IMG/VR virus record: IMGVR_UViG_3300024308_000302
Coordinates: 226,158-290,157 of that record
Strand: one strand, 5' to 3'
Length of the DNA stretch: 64,000 nt
Part shown: positions 20,553 to 31,276 of the stretch, piece by piece
Position numbering within the stretch: position 1 is the stretch's first letter
Layout: every line of letters begins with the position of its first letter
Notes under the pieces: generated by a model
Database searches by the model: none
Told to the model about the DNA's origin: nothing
What the model saw: only the letters and a program-made list of their open reading frames with translations
Translations under genes and position numbers: made by a program

Positions 20553-21644
20553 TTAGAAACTAATCATAGTAATCAGTTCAATATCTTGATTACTAATATC
20601 TTGCTGTTCAATGTTTAATTTCTCCTTAAACACATTGGCAATATCCTTTTTAAGTTCATTGTATACAGCATCAATACCTTTAATTTTAGTTACCTCATAA
20701 CTTTGAGTAGCAATATTGATGCGATCTCTATGATTAGTATTATAAGAAATAAAATAATCATCAGTAGTAATACCAATAGATCGATATTTCATAATATTGG
20801 AGAAATGCATAGTTTCAGGCATATCAATACCCATAAAGTAACAATCATGATGTCTACTAAATTTATTTATACCATTCAAAGGTCCAATATAACCATGAAG
20901 TTCCTCAAACTTACCAGATGGATTATCAACAAGAGATAAAAACGCAAAATGAGAAAGCACAAATACTATATGATTTAATTTGTCTGTCGGGAAAAACGGT
21001 TTCAATGCTTGTCTAATTTCTGCTGGTTTCAACCCAAATTTTCTAATAGCAGTAGCCATATTAGAATCATCATAATCATCAGAAACATTAGAATATTTTT
21101 CAATAAATTCTTCATTATCAACATATACAAAAGCATTATCAGTAATAGAAGCATTAATAATGTCTTTGGGAGAAGATTTATTTTTAAAATTAAATTCGGC
21201 TAATGTGATATCAGATGGTAATAGGGAATTCAATTCTTCCAGTTTTTTTTGATAGTATTCTTCATAAGCTGAATTATCAATAAAAGAATTAAATGAAAAG
21301 AAAGTTTCATGTATACCAATTTTTGCATTTTCAATTTTTTGGCCACGATTAATATGAAACTTAATGTTACAGTTAAATTTTAATGTACCAGAATCAATAG
21401 CAACAATACAAGAAACTGATTTATCTATATCATGATTCCTAATATGCATTATAAGATTATTTAAATTTTTAATTTGATCAAGTTTCCTATAATCCAACGT
21501 AAAGAACTCATTTAAAAAAATAATAGATCGCTCATCATTCTCAAAAAAATAAAAAGTTGTACTACCAATACATTTAGTTTTTGCTGAATCAAAATCATAC
21601 AGTTCACGAAGACGTGTTTCCATGAGTTGCATTACATCAATCAT
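20553..21644 (-). CDS. paralog family A protein with C-terminal signature
   Basis: tandem paralog of 19359; ends IELITMISF*. Confidence 0.85.
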   Translation of the reverse strand: MIDVMQLMETRLRELYDFDSAKTKCIGSTTFYFFENDERSIIFLNEFFTLDYRKLDQIKNLNNLIMHIRNHDIDKSVSCIVAIDSGTLKFNCNIKFHINRGQKIENAKIGIHETFFSFNSFIDNSAYEEYYQKKLEELNSLLPSDITLAEFNFKNKSSPKDIINASITDNAFVYVDNEEFIEKYSNVSDDYDDSNMATAIRKFGLKPAEIRQALKPFFPTDKLNHIVFVLSHFAFLSLVDNPSGKFEELHGYIGPLNGINKFSRHHDCYFMGIDMPETMHFSNIMKYRSIGITTDDYFISYNTNHRDRINIATQSYEVTKIKGIDAVYNELKKDIANVFKEKLNIEQQDISNQDIELITMISF

Positions 21645-21712
21645 ATAAAATCCTCAAGTTGATTAATTAAAAATCAAAAATATAAAATATGTAGAAAAAC
21701 ATTGTATAATAT

Positions 21713-21734
21713 AAAAAAGAGGCCGAAGCCTCTT
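21713..21734 (-). terminator. rho-independent terminator (UUCG loop)
   Basis: aagaggccgaagcctctt + A-tract. Confidence 0.8.
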
Positions 21735-21747
21735 GAAAATTATTTAA

Positions 21748-22233
21748 TTAACGGGTTAAGGTGTAATGATTAATAGAATCCATTACATCTTCTGAAACCA
21801 AAGTTTCCCGACAATCACCAGAACCATCCAGCACACCAGTCGCAATAATAATGTCAGATGGTGCAAGTTTAACACCAACAAGGGTTCGATATTGTACTGC
21901 TTGTTCAAAAATATCAACACCAGCAGAATTAGCAAGGTTGATTTCATCAAAAATCAAAACGATCTTTTTTTGTCCTTCAACACGAATCTGATTAAGATCC
22001 AAAATCCACTTCGGAAGTGCAGGTTCCTGCCCAAGAACTGGCAAACTCATAAAATCAATGACATCAACAATAGGAGTCCGAATAATGCAAACATGATAAT
22101 CTGGGTCACTGAATTTTTCCAACAGCCTACTCTGTGTTCCATGCCCAACTTTACCCCAAACAACAAAACTTTTGGATAGGTCCAGTTCATTAACACCAAC
22201 CACTTGCACTTCACGAGTTTTTTGAGTAGTCAC
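21748..22233 (-). CDS. truncated or degenerate MoxR-like AAA domain protein
   Basis: Walker B LIFDEINLA; Walker A position GKVGHGTQS lacks GK[ST]. Confidence 0.55.
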   Translation of the reverse strand: MTTQKTREVQVVGVNELDLSKSFVVWGKVGHGTQSRLLEKFSDPDYHVCIIRTPIVDVIDFMSLPVLGQEPALPKWILDLNQIRVEGQKKIVLIFDEINLANSAGVDIFEQAVQYRTLVGVKLAPSDIIIATGVLDGSGDCRETLVSEDVMDSINHYTLTR

Positions 22234-22302
22234 TTTATAAATTCCTCTGTTTTAATGATGAATTAAGTATAACATAAAATGGAAATGAGAGCAATCAACT
22301 TA

Positions 22303-22527
22303 TTAAATCAAAGAATCTGTTTCAAGAATAAATATGTTTTTTGTATCTGCTACTGGAGTATCCAAGCCTCTGCTGTCAGATAGTTGTTCTTCATTTTGTG
22401 GAATATAAAACATCGAATCATCCTCTTTAAGAGAAAAATCGATAGGCTCAGGTTTAGGGAACACACTTCTTCGTATTTTTTCTATGTTAAACGCTAAAAC
22501 TGATGTGTCTATGATAGTAGAATTCAT
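22303..22527 (-). CDS. hypothetical protein
   Basis: 74 aa, GGAG RBS. Confidence 0.65.
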   Translation of the reverse strand: MNSTIIDTSVLAFNIEKIRRSVFPKPEPIDFSLKEDDSMFYIPQNEEQLSDSRGLDTPVADTKNIFILETDSLI

Positions 22528-22560
22528 GTCAAAACTCCGTTTTTGATATATGCCATTTTA

Positions 22561-22986
22561 TTATATCATATTATTGATAACTTCAACAAATGCACCTTTA
22601 TTATTAAAAAGATACAAAGTATCAACAATTTTGTTATTGCGTGGGTCCATCACAATAGAAACCATTTTTTCCTTAGAAATGTTTGAAGCAACTTCTTCTT
22701 TAACAACAGCTAAAAATTCAGGAAAATTACCAATATCACCAGCACAATCAGGTGTAATTCTTTTGCTCGGATGAATCATGAAAATACGTGGTTCACCAGA
22801 AGTCCAACCAACAGCAAGAACACTACCAGTGTCTTGATTTCTAAAAAATGGAATCAGATACATATAAGAATTAAAGCCATGTTTTTTATTGCCCATCGCA
22901 CAAGCCAGAGCTTCAAAGTTTTGAAGACAATCTACAATATCAACAACACTATCAAGAGAAATATTGTATTTGAACATAATCATCAT
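22561..22986 (-). CDS. hypothetical protein, related to C-half of 23335..24264
   Basis: YLIPFFRNQD / FLIPLFRKKD; LFNNKGAFVEV / LFDDNGPFIDV. Confidence 0.75.
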   Translation of the reverse strand: MMIMFKYNISLDSVVDIVDCLQNFEALACAMGNKKHGFNSYMYLIPFFRNQDTGSVLAVGWTSGEPRIFMIHPSKRITPDCAGDIGNFPEFLAVVKEEVASNISKEKMVSIVMDPRNNKIVDTLYLFNNKGAFVEVINNMI

Positions 22987-23101
22987 CCTATAATGTAATG
23001 TCCAATTATACCATAAAACAGACCGAATATCTACTATATTATCTAAAATTTGATATTTTTTAAAAAAGGTATATCATATATAAACAAAATTATTGGAGAA
23101 T

Positions 23102-23305
23102 ATGATGGACTTCGAATTATTAATAAGCATAAATTGGATGTCAATAGTCGGCATATTGATGGTTATGGCTTCCATCTATTTATTAGGTAGCTATATAGAA
23201 AAAGTTAGAATTAAAAACAAAGACCCAAAAGGATTATCTGAAATATTAATATTCATATTGTTAATTGGTGGTATTGCTTTATTTTTCATACCAATAATGA
23301 ATTAA
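23102..23305 (+). CDS. small two-TM membrane protein
   Basis: GGAG RBS; two hydrophobic helices. Confidence 0.7.
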   Translation: MMDFELLISINWMSIVGILMVMASIYLLGSYIEKVRIKNKDPKGLSEILIFILLIGGIALFFIPIMN

Positions 23306-23334
23306 AAGGCTGATTAAGTCAGCCTTTCATGATT

Positions 23335-24264
23335 TCAAACTTTAGTAACATCAATAAATGGCCCATTATCATCAAACAATTTTACAACCCCCTTACGTCT
23401 ATGTGTATAATAGCCATCAGTTTTACCATAATAAGAATTGTTTTTATAGTATTCCATAGCATTATGAATAGATACCATATTAGGATGAGTTAAATTTTTA
23501 ATAATAATATCCTTTTTATTTTCTATGAACTCAATAAAATTCATATCAAAATAAGAAATCTCAAAATCTTTTTCATAAGATTTTTCAGGTTTTCTCATTC
23601 TATAGAGAACAAGTTCCAATTTAAAAAAGTCATAACTTGCTAAAATGACAGATTTATCTTTTTTTCGAAAAAGTGGAATTAAAAATCGATGACAATAATC
23701 AGTACAAGGATCATAAGCAGGACGTTCACGTTTAGTGGCAAGATAATCAATCGCATAAGCTTTTTGTGAAAGCATCTTAATGCAATTAATAATACTTGCA
23801 GTATCAGTTAATTGAATTGACTCATTAAAACTAGAATAAAGGGAGCTATGAAATGAATTCAAAAGAGCTTTAGCATCAGCATCAATCACTTTTCTGGTGG
23901 TATATTGATCCAACACAATTTCAGCTTTACCATAGACTTGTGAAACATCCCAACCAGAATATTGCTCGCCCTCTAAATAATAGTAAAATTCTGCTGGATT
24001 TGAATTGATATTACTTTTAATACGAGCAATTAGGTCATGAGATAAATAAACAGGAGCACAACTTTTATAATTAAAGAACGAAACAACAGTCTCCCCCTTA
24101 GACTCCTCTATTGTGGCCCTGTAACCTTCACCCGGATATTCGGCGGTTGTTTCAATATGCCGACATTCTTTTAAATATTTATTAATAGAATCAATAAGAT
24201 CATTATAACTAGATAATTGTTTATTTAATTTCATATTATAACGATTATATACACTATGCCCCAT
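23335..24264 (-). CDS. hypothetical protein
   Basis: 309 aa, GGAGG RBS. Confidence 0.8.
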   Translation of the reverse strand: MGHSVYNRYNMKLNKQLSSYNDLIDSINKYLKECRHIETTAEYPGEGYRATIEESKGETVVSFFNYKSCAPVYLSHDLIARIKSNINSNPAEFYYYLEGEQYSGWDVSQVYGKAEIVLDQYTTRKVIDADAKALLNSFHSSLYSSFNESIQLTDTASIINCIKMLSQKAYAIDYLATKRERPAYDPCTDYCHRFLIPLFRKKDKSVILASYDFFKLELVLYRMRKPEKSYEKDFEISYFDMNFIEFIENKKDIIIKNLTHPNMVSIHNAMEYYKNNSYYGKTDGYYTHRRKGVVKLFDDNGPFIDVTKV

Positions 24265-24370
24265 TATAATAATCCTCCAAAATTTGAAGATATTGTATCA
24301 AATAGTATTACAATTATCAACAAAAAAAGCCACAGAAGTGGCTTTTATATACTACAACTATGAAAGATTA

Positions 24371-24802
24371 TTAAGCAATTTTCTTTTTGTAAACAGCTTT
24401 TGCCGAAGTAGAGTCAAATTCAAAGAAACCATATGGGAAATCTTTCAGATAACCTTCTGCTTCATAGGTTGAAATGAATTCAACTTGCTTGTTATCTGGA
24501 GACAAACCATAAATAGTAACCAGAGATGGGTCAATAAGACCATCATGAACCAGAAGACCAATAAGATTTAGTGGAATATCAGAGTGAGTCGAAATGTGCA
24601 AATCCCAATGCGGTTGGCAATAACGAAGCTCTTCTGCAACTTTATCTGCTACTTTACGCGGATGAAGCCGCTCTTCAATCAGATGACGATGAATAGCATC
24701 AACAGAGTAACGAACTACACCATTATCAAAACCAAGCTCTCCACCACAGGAAAATTTAAGGTCTTGAATGTTTTCACCAATGTAGATAAAGATTTTTTTC
24801 AT
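24371..24802 (-). CDS. ABC-ATPase C-terminal-like (DUF3696-like) protein without Walker A
   Basis: E.RLHP..ISTHS..G....P.GFF pattern. Confidence 0.5.
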   Translation of the reverse strand: MKKIFIYIGENIQDLKFSCGGELGFDNGVVRYSVDAIHRHLIEERLHPRKVADKVAEELRYCQPHWDLHISTHSDIPLNLIGLLVHDGLIDPSLVTIYGLSPDNKQVEFISTYEAEGYLKDFPYGFFEFDSTSAKAVYKKKIA

Positions 24803-24835
24803 TCTGATGCTTCCTGACTGGATTAGATTGAGTAA

Positions 24836-24864
24836 ATTATAGCAAAATTCAAAAGAAGTAGCAA
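24836..24864 (-). promoter_or_regulatory. sigma70-like promoter
   Basis: TTGCTA-17 nt-TATAAT, extended -10. Confidence 0.7.
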
Positions 24865-24866
24865 CA

Positions 24867-25277
24867 TTAAGCGACTACTTTTTTAACCTCTTTAAGCTTG
24901 ATGTTATTGAAGGTAAGCCAACTGCCAACCAGTGGCAGAAAATCGGAACTATCACCTTTTTTTGCATTCTTTTTAAGTGTAATGTGTGGCTTGTGAGGCA
25001 AGTCTTCTTCAATGCCATATGATTTCACAAAATCATTGATAGCGAAACTCCAATCGCTATTATCGAGTTCAGCAACAATATAGATGGTATCACCAACTGG
25101 CCATTCAGAAATTTTTGCAATGCGAGCCATGTTAGAATCAAATTCTGGGAATTTAAGACCAAGAATAGCATCACTACGGTCAAAGAAGATGGTCATATGC
25201 AAAGTTTCTTTAGACACAAAAGGCTTCATGATTTTATTGGAAGCATTGTCAAGATAAGCTGCAATATATGATGCCAT
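24867..25277 (-). CDS. 2H phosphoesterase, Acb1/T4 gp57B-like
   Basis: two HxT motifs (LHMTIF, PHITL), 136 aa. Confidence 0.7.
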   Translation of the reverse strand: MASYIAAYLDNASNKIMKPFVSKETLHMTIFFDRSDAILGLKFPEFDSNMARIAKISEWPVGDTIYIVAELDNSDWSFAINDFVKSYGIEEDLPHKPHITLKKNAKKGDSSDFLPLVGSWLTFNNIKLKEVKKVVA

Positions 25278-25343
25278 TGTTAAGTCCTCAATTAGTGTTT
25301 AGACAATTATAGCAAAAAATGAAAGATAACACAATGGAAACAC

Positions 25344-26423
25344 TTAAATATCCATCATCTGTGCCAATAATACAATGTCTTCTGTCAAAACATCATATTC
25401 AATATTGTTTTCTTTCAAAATATTAAAAAGAAACGGAGAAGGATGTTTTAAAATAAGATGCATCATATTGTTTTTGAAGAAATCTAATTGAGCTAAAAAT
25501 ATCGAATCTGGAATTTTAGACAACATATCAACAAAGGTTATTTTAATACCATTTTTTAACACCTCAAATTGAAGATGAACAACATTAAAATTACTGTCAG
25601 GATTTAAAGAATTAATTTCAGTATCATATAGCCAAGAAATAAACTTGAAAGTATTCTTATAAGATTTTATAAATTTATTCCAAATAAGCTCAGAAAATAT
25701 AGATGACAAATTTCTATCATAGAAATAGGCATTAACAACCAATTTTTTATTAGAATAATTAAAATAACATGACGAATGGGGAATAGTTAATAAACTAATA
25801 CTTTTATAATCAACAAGTCTGTTTTCAATCATAAATTTAGTTAAACATGATCCTATATTGAGTCTATTTATATAATGACTAGCATAAGATTCAAGTGCAA
25901 TAGGTACACCAGCCAATGCATAAAATGAAAATTTATCACCATTATCAAAATGAATACTATATTTTTCAATAAAGCCAGCCACAATTTTTTTAGAAATGGT
26001 AACATCCATATAAACGATACCGTTTCTAAAAGCATCTTCTTGTGTTACCATCTCGAATTTGTGAATATCTTTAAATTTATACAGTTCAGAAAGAGATGCT
26101 AAATGAAAAAAACCAAAATTTGCAAGTAAAAAATCCATTTTTTCAGATACTGAGTCATAATTAGAAACATCAATAGACAAGGAAAACTGCATACTCGCCC
26201 AAGCAGCTTCTACTCTACGAGGATCAGTAAGAATAACTTCAATAAGTGCTGATGACTCTTCTAATTCAACAGTAAACTTATTCCCATATATGTTTTCTAC
26301 TATAAAAGTATTATCACAACGGTCATGAGAATATCGCAGTCCAGATGAAAATTCTTTTTTATGGATAAAAACAGATTTATTAATAAAGTCAGATAATTGT
26401 AGTCTTTTTTTGATCTTAATCAT
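25344..26423 (-). CDS. paralog family C protein with C-terminal signature
   Basis: ends VLLAQMMDI*; similar to 26436..27551. Confidence 0.8.
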   Translation of the reverse strand: MIKIKKRLQLSDFINKSVFIHKKEFSSGLRYSHDRCDNTFIVENIYGNKFTVELEESSALIEVILTDPRRVEAAWASMQFSLSIDVSNYDSVSEKMDFLLANFGFFHLASLSELYKFKDIHKFEMVTQEDAFRNGIVYMDVTISKKIVAGFIEKYSIHFDNGDKFSFYALAGVPIALESYASHYINRLNIGSCLTKFMIENRLVDYKSISLLTIPHSSCYFNYSNKKLVVNAYFYDRNLSSIFSELIWNKFIKSYKNTFKFISWLYDTEINSLNPDSNFNVVHLQFEVLKNGIKITFVDMLSKIPDSIFLAQLDFFKNNMMHLILKHPSPFLFNILKENNIEYDVLTEDIVLLAQMMDI

Positions 26424-26435
26424 CTTGAGTACCTT

Positions 26436-27551
26436 TCAAACAGTATACATATCAAAAATAGAAACTGAATCTTCACCGAATGTTTCATTTCTATTTGCAA
26501 TAACACCATTATCAATAAAGAAATTAATCATAGTTTCTGATGGATACTTCAATGCCAATGCCATAAAATTAGAAGTTAATCTTTTTTCATCTGATTCAAA
26601 TAACAATTTCAAAAAGTCAACAGGTGATTCAGACCTTTTAATATTAATTTCAACAGAATCTTTATTAATGACACACTCAAGTTCAACAAAAGTTGGTTGA
26701 TAAGGCTGAGCTAAAAATCGACTTCTCTCTAAGCCAATATGATAAGAATAACTAACACCAAACAAAGAACATAGTTGATAAATCAACTTCGACCTATAGA
26801 CGATATGGTTAACCACGCCAGTAGGAAAAATATTTACAACATCGTCATAATTCATGACTGTTCTTAATGTAATAGAACCATTTTTCTTATACACTAAGAA
26901 ACTGGTATCAAACATAGAAATCTTTTTCACGTTTGCAATATTAATAAATTTTTTATAATGCTCAATAAATGAAGCTCTATTGTATAGAGTCTCAAAACGT
27001 CTACTTAAAGTGCTGTTAGCATATATATAATCAAAATCTAAGACTTCAAAACAAATGCCTGCCAAAGAATAATATTTTGTTGTAGGAATGCCAAGTCCTG
27101 AAATCTCCCACTTATCGAAAAGTGAAATACCCTTCAATTTTTTAAAATCCAAATGAAATTCAACATCATAATTGTCATGCAGAAAAACTTGGCCAGTTTG
27201 GAATATGTCTGAAAACTTAACAAATCCTATTTTTTTAAAAATTTTAAGCGAATGAAATGATGAAATATGAAAAAAGATAATGGATTCAGTCAAGAATTGA
27301 AGTGCATCTTCATCTTTTTCATAAGGATCTAAAGTAACAGAAAAATAATTTTTATGACCTAAACCCACTGCAACATAAGCTTTAGAGGTATTTTTATCCA
27401 GTTTCACAAAGATCTTATTACTATATGAATTAGTAAAATGGTATTCGCCATACTTGGCAACACACTTAATCTTATTCATAAATCTTTTGTCTGCTTTCTT
27501 AATGATAATTGGTCGCTCAAAAAGCTTATTATAAGATGGTTTATTAAACAT
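26436..27551 (-). CDS. paralog family C protein with C-terminal signature
   Basis: FFHISSF/FFHLASL, YSLAG/YALAG, LKYPS/LKHPS; ends VSIFDMYTV*. Confidence 0.8.
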   Translation of the reverse strand: MFNKPSYNKLFERPIIIKKADKRFMNKIKCVAKYGEYHFTNSYSNKIFVKLDKNTSKAYVAVGLGHKNYFSVTLDPYEKDEDALQFLTESIIFFHISSFHSLKIFKKIGFVKFSDIFQTGQVFLHDNYDVEFHLDFKKLKGISLFDKWEISGLGIPTTKYYSLAGICFEVLDFDYIYANSTLSRRFETLYNRASFIEHYKKFINIANVKKISMFDTSFLVYKKNGSITLRTVMNYDDVVNIFPTGVVNHIVYRSKLIYQLCSLFGVSYSYHIGLERSRFLAQPYQPTFVELECVINKDSVEINIKRSESPVDFLKLLFESDEKRLTSNFMALALKYPSETMINFFIDNGVIANRNETFGEDSVSIFDMYTV

Positions 27552-27727
27552 AAAAAATACCTATGAAAATATTGATCAATTATATCAAATCACCTAAAAA
27601 TAATCAATAAAAAAGACAACCTAAGTTGTCTTTAGTGAGTTATATCTTTATGATATGTGTCACGATTTTTTTTGTATTAATAACAAAAAAGCTCATAACG
27701 AGTTTTTTCGTTATCCATACATGTTCC

Positions 27728-28009
27728 TTACTCTTCTACATCAACATTTTGAATATCAATTTCACTTACAATACGGCGAAGAGCAGCATTTTCATGAAAA
27801 CGAGAACGAGAGTTCAGGAATTTTTTGGCACCCCGACGATCTTTTGCAATGCCACGTTTACCATTTGTGTGATCACCACACGTTACATGGGCAGAAACAG
27901 ACCGATCAGAAAGACCCAATGTAACTGTTTCGCCAAAAACAGTGTAACGATTGAAAACAACATTAGGATCTCGGTCTTCTTTAAAGCCACGCTGATGATT
28001 AGTTTTCAT
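27728..28009 (-). CDS. small basic hypothetical protein
   Basis: 93 aa, GAGGA RBS. Confidence 0.75.
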   Translation of the reverse strand: MKTNHQRGFKEDRDPNVVFNRYTVFGETVTLGLSDRSVSAHVTCGDHTNGKRGIAKDRRGAKKFLNSRSRFHENAALRRIVSEIDIQNVDVEE

Positions 28010-28062
28010 TAGTGTATCCTCTGATTTTAGTAAGTCTATTATACCTCAAGCAGAAACTTTAT

Positions 28063-28524
28063 TCAATAATGAAATCGAATAAGAGCCAGTTCTTCCTGTG
28101 TAAGCTTAGATTTGATTGAAGAAATAAGTGATTGCAGATGGTCTGCTTCGGTTTGAGCATCAAGTCTAGCTTTAGCAACGGTTTCTTTCATTTCTTGTTC
28201 AAAATCTTCAAAAATGAAACGCATTGGAATATGAGAATAATACTCAAGTTTCAGCTTGGGTTCAATCTCATGAGAAATATAAAGACCAATTTTTTCCTTA
28301 TATTTATCATAGTCAAAATAGCCACGGAATTTGTCATTGTAGGTATCATAATCATACCAATCAAAGCGTTCTTTCGTTTCACGCTCAAGAGTTTGCAATA
28401 CGTACAGAATACGAGCTTCAAGTTTTACCAAAATTGGATACGTTGAAGAATTTGTATGACGATGTGCAGGTAGTTCTTTGAGTTGTTCAAGATCTTCTTT
28501 CTGCAGTGCTGGTGCGTAAGTCAT
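28063..28524 (-). CDS. hypothetical protein
   Basis: 153 aa; KSKLTQEELALI tail typical of phage hypotheticals. Confidence 0.75.
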   Translation of the reverse strand: MTYAPALQKEDLEQLKELPAHRHTNSSTYPILVKLEARILYVLQTLERETKERFDWYDYDTYNDKFRGYFDYDKYKEKIGLYISHEIEPKLKLEYYSHIPMRFIFEDFEQEMKETVAKARLDAQTEADHLQSLISSIKSKLTQEELALIRFHY

Positions 28525-28662
28525 TTTGAAGCTCCATTGTCTTGTAAAGGAAAGATACTATAACACAATACGGTAAAAAAGAAAACAAAAACATCAAAAA
28601 ATAAATGTAGAAAATTAAATGAAAATAGTTTATAATAATGGTAATTTTTGGGAGATCAAGAC

Positions 28663-29892
28663 ATGAGAGAAGTGGATATTAAAGGTTTTGGAAAAAATAT
28701 TATACAAACTCTATTTAGCTTTTTTGATGAAGCTGGTGCCAAAAACATTTTTGAAAAAGTTAAAACCCATTATAGAAGCCGAGAGTCATATGATGGATAT
28801 TGGTATGAAATGAAAATAGATAAAAGGAATTACATCACATTCAGCAAAACAAACAATATAGATACTATTAAATTTCTGGTATCACCAATGCTATCACCAG
28901 AATATAGTGAAAAGCTTACACCTAAAGATTTAAAAGATTTCTTGAATGTCATGTCATCTCAAGTACATATTTATAATGTTTCAATGTTAAAGAAAATGAC
29001 GCAAGATTTTAAAATTGATACATTTAATGAAGCTTACCGTATATTAGATAATGAATTACAAAAATACTACCCAAACATGATTGCTGATATTGCTATTGTT
29101 TTTGCTGCTTCTGAAAAATTTAAAAAGACTGTATTATTAAATGATGGTGACAACCATTATCACAAATATAAAATTAATGAAAAACAAGTTGTAGTATTCA
29201 GTAATACATCCTCTGTTGAAGAATATTTTACGATATATGAAAAAGATTTAAAAACAAACACTGTCAGAATTATCACTGACAAAGTAGACACAGTAACAAA
29301 AAAACATAATATTAGAACAATCGTTATTGGAAAGTATAAAAAAATTATTGAAGAATATTTAGAAAGTCATCCACCCATCTGTGTAATTGAAAATAATCAG
29401 ATAAAGTATCTTGATGACATCAATGAAATTTTTGATTTAAATAGTCATTCAAAAGAATTGGGACATAAATACAAATTACAAAAAGAACTACCATACAATC
29501 CAGAAAATATGAAAGAGATGTTTCAGTATTTAGATTTTGATAACATGTATACTTTGTTAACTCATGGTATGTGGTCAACTAAAGGAAGATGGCAACATAA
29601 TGAAAAAGATGAATACTACTTTGTGTTTGAATCTGAAATCGAATATTTCAAGTCACATGAAAAAATGGTTTATGAAGAGGAAACTGCCCTCAAGTATGTA
29701 AGTATTACAATAAAAGAAGCTGCAATGTTGTCTTTACCAGAAGGAAAGCTCAAAACTGAATGGGAGAATTTAATTGTTGAGTCTTACCTATATATTAAAA
29801 ATAATAAAGAAAAACTACCAGTTTGTGCAATTACTGATAGTGAATTTATGAAAGTTGAAAGATATCTAAAGGCAAACGACTATATCAAGTAA
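28663..29892 (+). CDS. hypothetical protein
   Basis: ~409 aa, GGAG RBS. Confidence 0.8.
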   Translation: MREVDIKGFGKNIIQTLFSFFDEAGAKNIFEKVKTHYRSRESYDGYWYEMKIDKRNYITFSKTNNIDTIKFLVSPMLSPEYSEKLTPKDLKDFLNVMSSQVHIYNVSMLKKMTQDFKIDTFNEAYRILDNELQKYYPNMIADIAIVFAASEKFKKTVLLNDGDNHYHKYKINEKQVVVFSNTSSVEEYFTIYEKDLKTNTVRIITDKVDTVTKKHNIRTIVIGKYKKIIEEYLESHPPICVIENNQIKYLDDINEIFDLNSHSKELGHKYKLQKELPYNPENMKEMFQYLDFDNMYTLLTHGMWSTKGRWQHNEKDEYYFVFESEIEYFKSHEKMVYEEETALKYVSITIKEAAMLSLPEGKLKTEWENLIVESYLYIKNNKEKLPVCAITDSEFMKVERYLKANDYIK

Positions 29893-29941
29893 AAGAAAAG
29901 AGCCATGAGGCTCTTTTTTATTTGTTTCAAAATCTAAAGTG

Positions 29942-30037
29942 TCAAGCTTGATTATCCTGTCGAACCTCAGCAATAGCACTCGGATTGAAAGAAGCAAAAG
30001 CCAGTGCAGATACAAATACATTAATCATCTTTTTCAT
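29942..30037 (-). CDS. 31 aa signal-peptide-like mini ORF
   Basis: GAGGA RBS, own promoter; MKKMINVFVSALAFASFNPSAIAEVRQDNQA*. Confidence 0.45.
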   Translation of the reverse strand: MKKMINVFVSALAFASFNPSAIAEVRQDNQA

Positions 30038-30115
30038 GGTTTAATCCTCTATTAAGAAGACATGATTATACCAACATAATAGAACAGAAACAACCATTAT
30101 TTTTAGAATTTAAAA

Positions 30116-31027
30116 TTAAGATTTTTCTAATATTTGAACATTGAATTTATCTTGTATTTTATCCATTAAATCAATTTGTTGTTGTGTAAAATATTTTCTT
30201 GGACGTAATTGACGATTTTTATTGATATCCATGTAAGCAAAGGCATGCGTACCTGACTTATTATAAGAAAGTCTATCCAAATTAGTCATGACTTCACTAC
30301 TTGGACGGAAGCATAATAGCAATTCTGTGGCTTCTGCTTGTGATAAATCATAAGAATCAATATAATTCAAGATAAATGTAACTTTCCTTGATTGCTCCAT
30401 CAAATATTGATCAATTTGTGATTGTACAGAATCTCCACCAAACCCAATAAAGCCATTGATAGCCATATTGATAGCCGATCTTTCTATTTGTGTCTTCTTT
30501 GATGCTTTTTGAAGCAACATCATCTCATAAACTTCATCGAGAAGTTTATTAATGCTTTGTTTAACTTGTTGCTTTAAATTTTCTTTTTCAAAGTCTGGAG
30601 AGTATTGTTTTAAAATAGCCGCTACAGAATCATCAATACTGCCATTTTGTGATGCAACAAATCGTTTAAGAAGGTTAGCATCAAAAGGGACTTCTCTATT
30701 TTGAAGTTGTTGAATTAACTCTTTATAATGAGTACATATGGCTGGATTATGAGATGTTCCGAGATACATCTTTGGGAAATAATGAGATGATTTGAATTCG
30801 AAATTCAATGCTTCTAATTTATCAAATATAGAATTCCATTGTTGCTTTACTGGAATAAGTGATGGTTCATTTGCAACTTTATTTAAAATCAATGTAAGAA
30901 AATCAATACCCTGCCAATCAGTAGCAGTATGCCATGATTTTAATCTTTTTTTGATAGTCTTAAGAAATACATCAGGCTCACTTGTTAAAAATAAAACAAT
31001 ATCATTATTGATAATTTCAGTTCTCAT
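30116..31027 (-). CDS. hypothetical protein
   Basis: 303 aa, GGAG RBS. Confidence 0.8.
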   Translation of the reverse strand: MRTEIINNDIVLFLTSEPDVFLKTIKKRLKSWHTATDWQGIDFLTLILNKVANEPSLIPVKQQWNSIFDKLEALNFEFKSSHYFPKMYLGTSHNPAICTHYKELIQQLQNREVPFDANLLKRFVASQNGSIDDSVAAILKQYSPDFEKENLKQQVKQSINKLLDEVYEMMLLQKASKKTQIERSAINMAINGFIGFGGDSVQSQIDQYLMEQSRKVTFILNYIDSYDLSQAEATELLLCFRPSSEVMTNLDRLSYNKSGTHAFAYMDINKNRQLRPRKYFTQQQIDLMDKIQDKFNVQILEKS

Positions 31028-31107
31028 ATTGTAATCTCCAAAATAAAAATATAGTACAAAAAATAAAATTATAAAACAAAAAAACCTTCGTGAGAAGGTT
31101 CTTTAAA

Positions 31108-31186
31108 TGGATGCGAGAGTGGGATTCGAACCCACGATCTCCAGCTTATGAGGCTGGCGAGAACGGCCTGACTTCTCTATCTCGCT
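31108..31186 (-). tRNA. tRNA-Met(CAT), initiator-like
   Basis: cloverleaf; CCAGC-CTCATAA-GCTGG; A1:A72 mismatch, A11:U24; encoded CCA. Confidence 0.9.
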
Positions 31187-31199
31187 ACAAAGCGTAATT

Positions 31200-31276
31200 T
31201 GGTCGGAGTGGCAAGATTCGAACTTGCGGCATCTTGCTCCCAAAGCAAGCGGTCTACCGGGCTGACCTACACTCCG
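31200..31276 (-). tRNA. tRNA-Pro(TGG)
   Basis: CGGAGTG acceptor, CTTGC-TTTGGGA-GCAAG, TTCGAAT loop, CCA. Confidence 0.95.
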
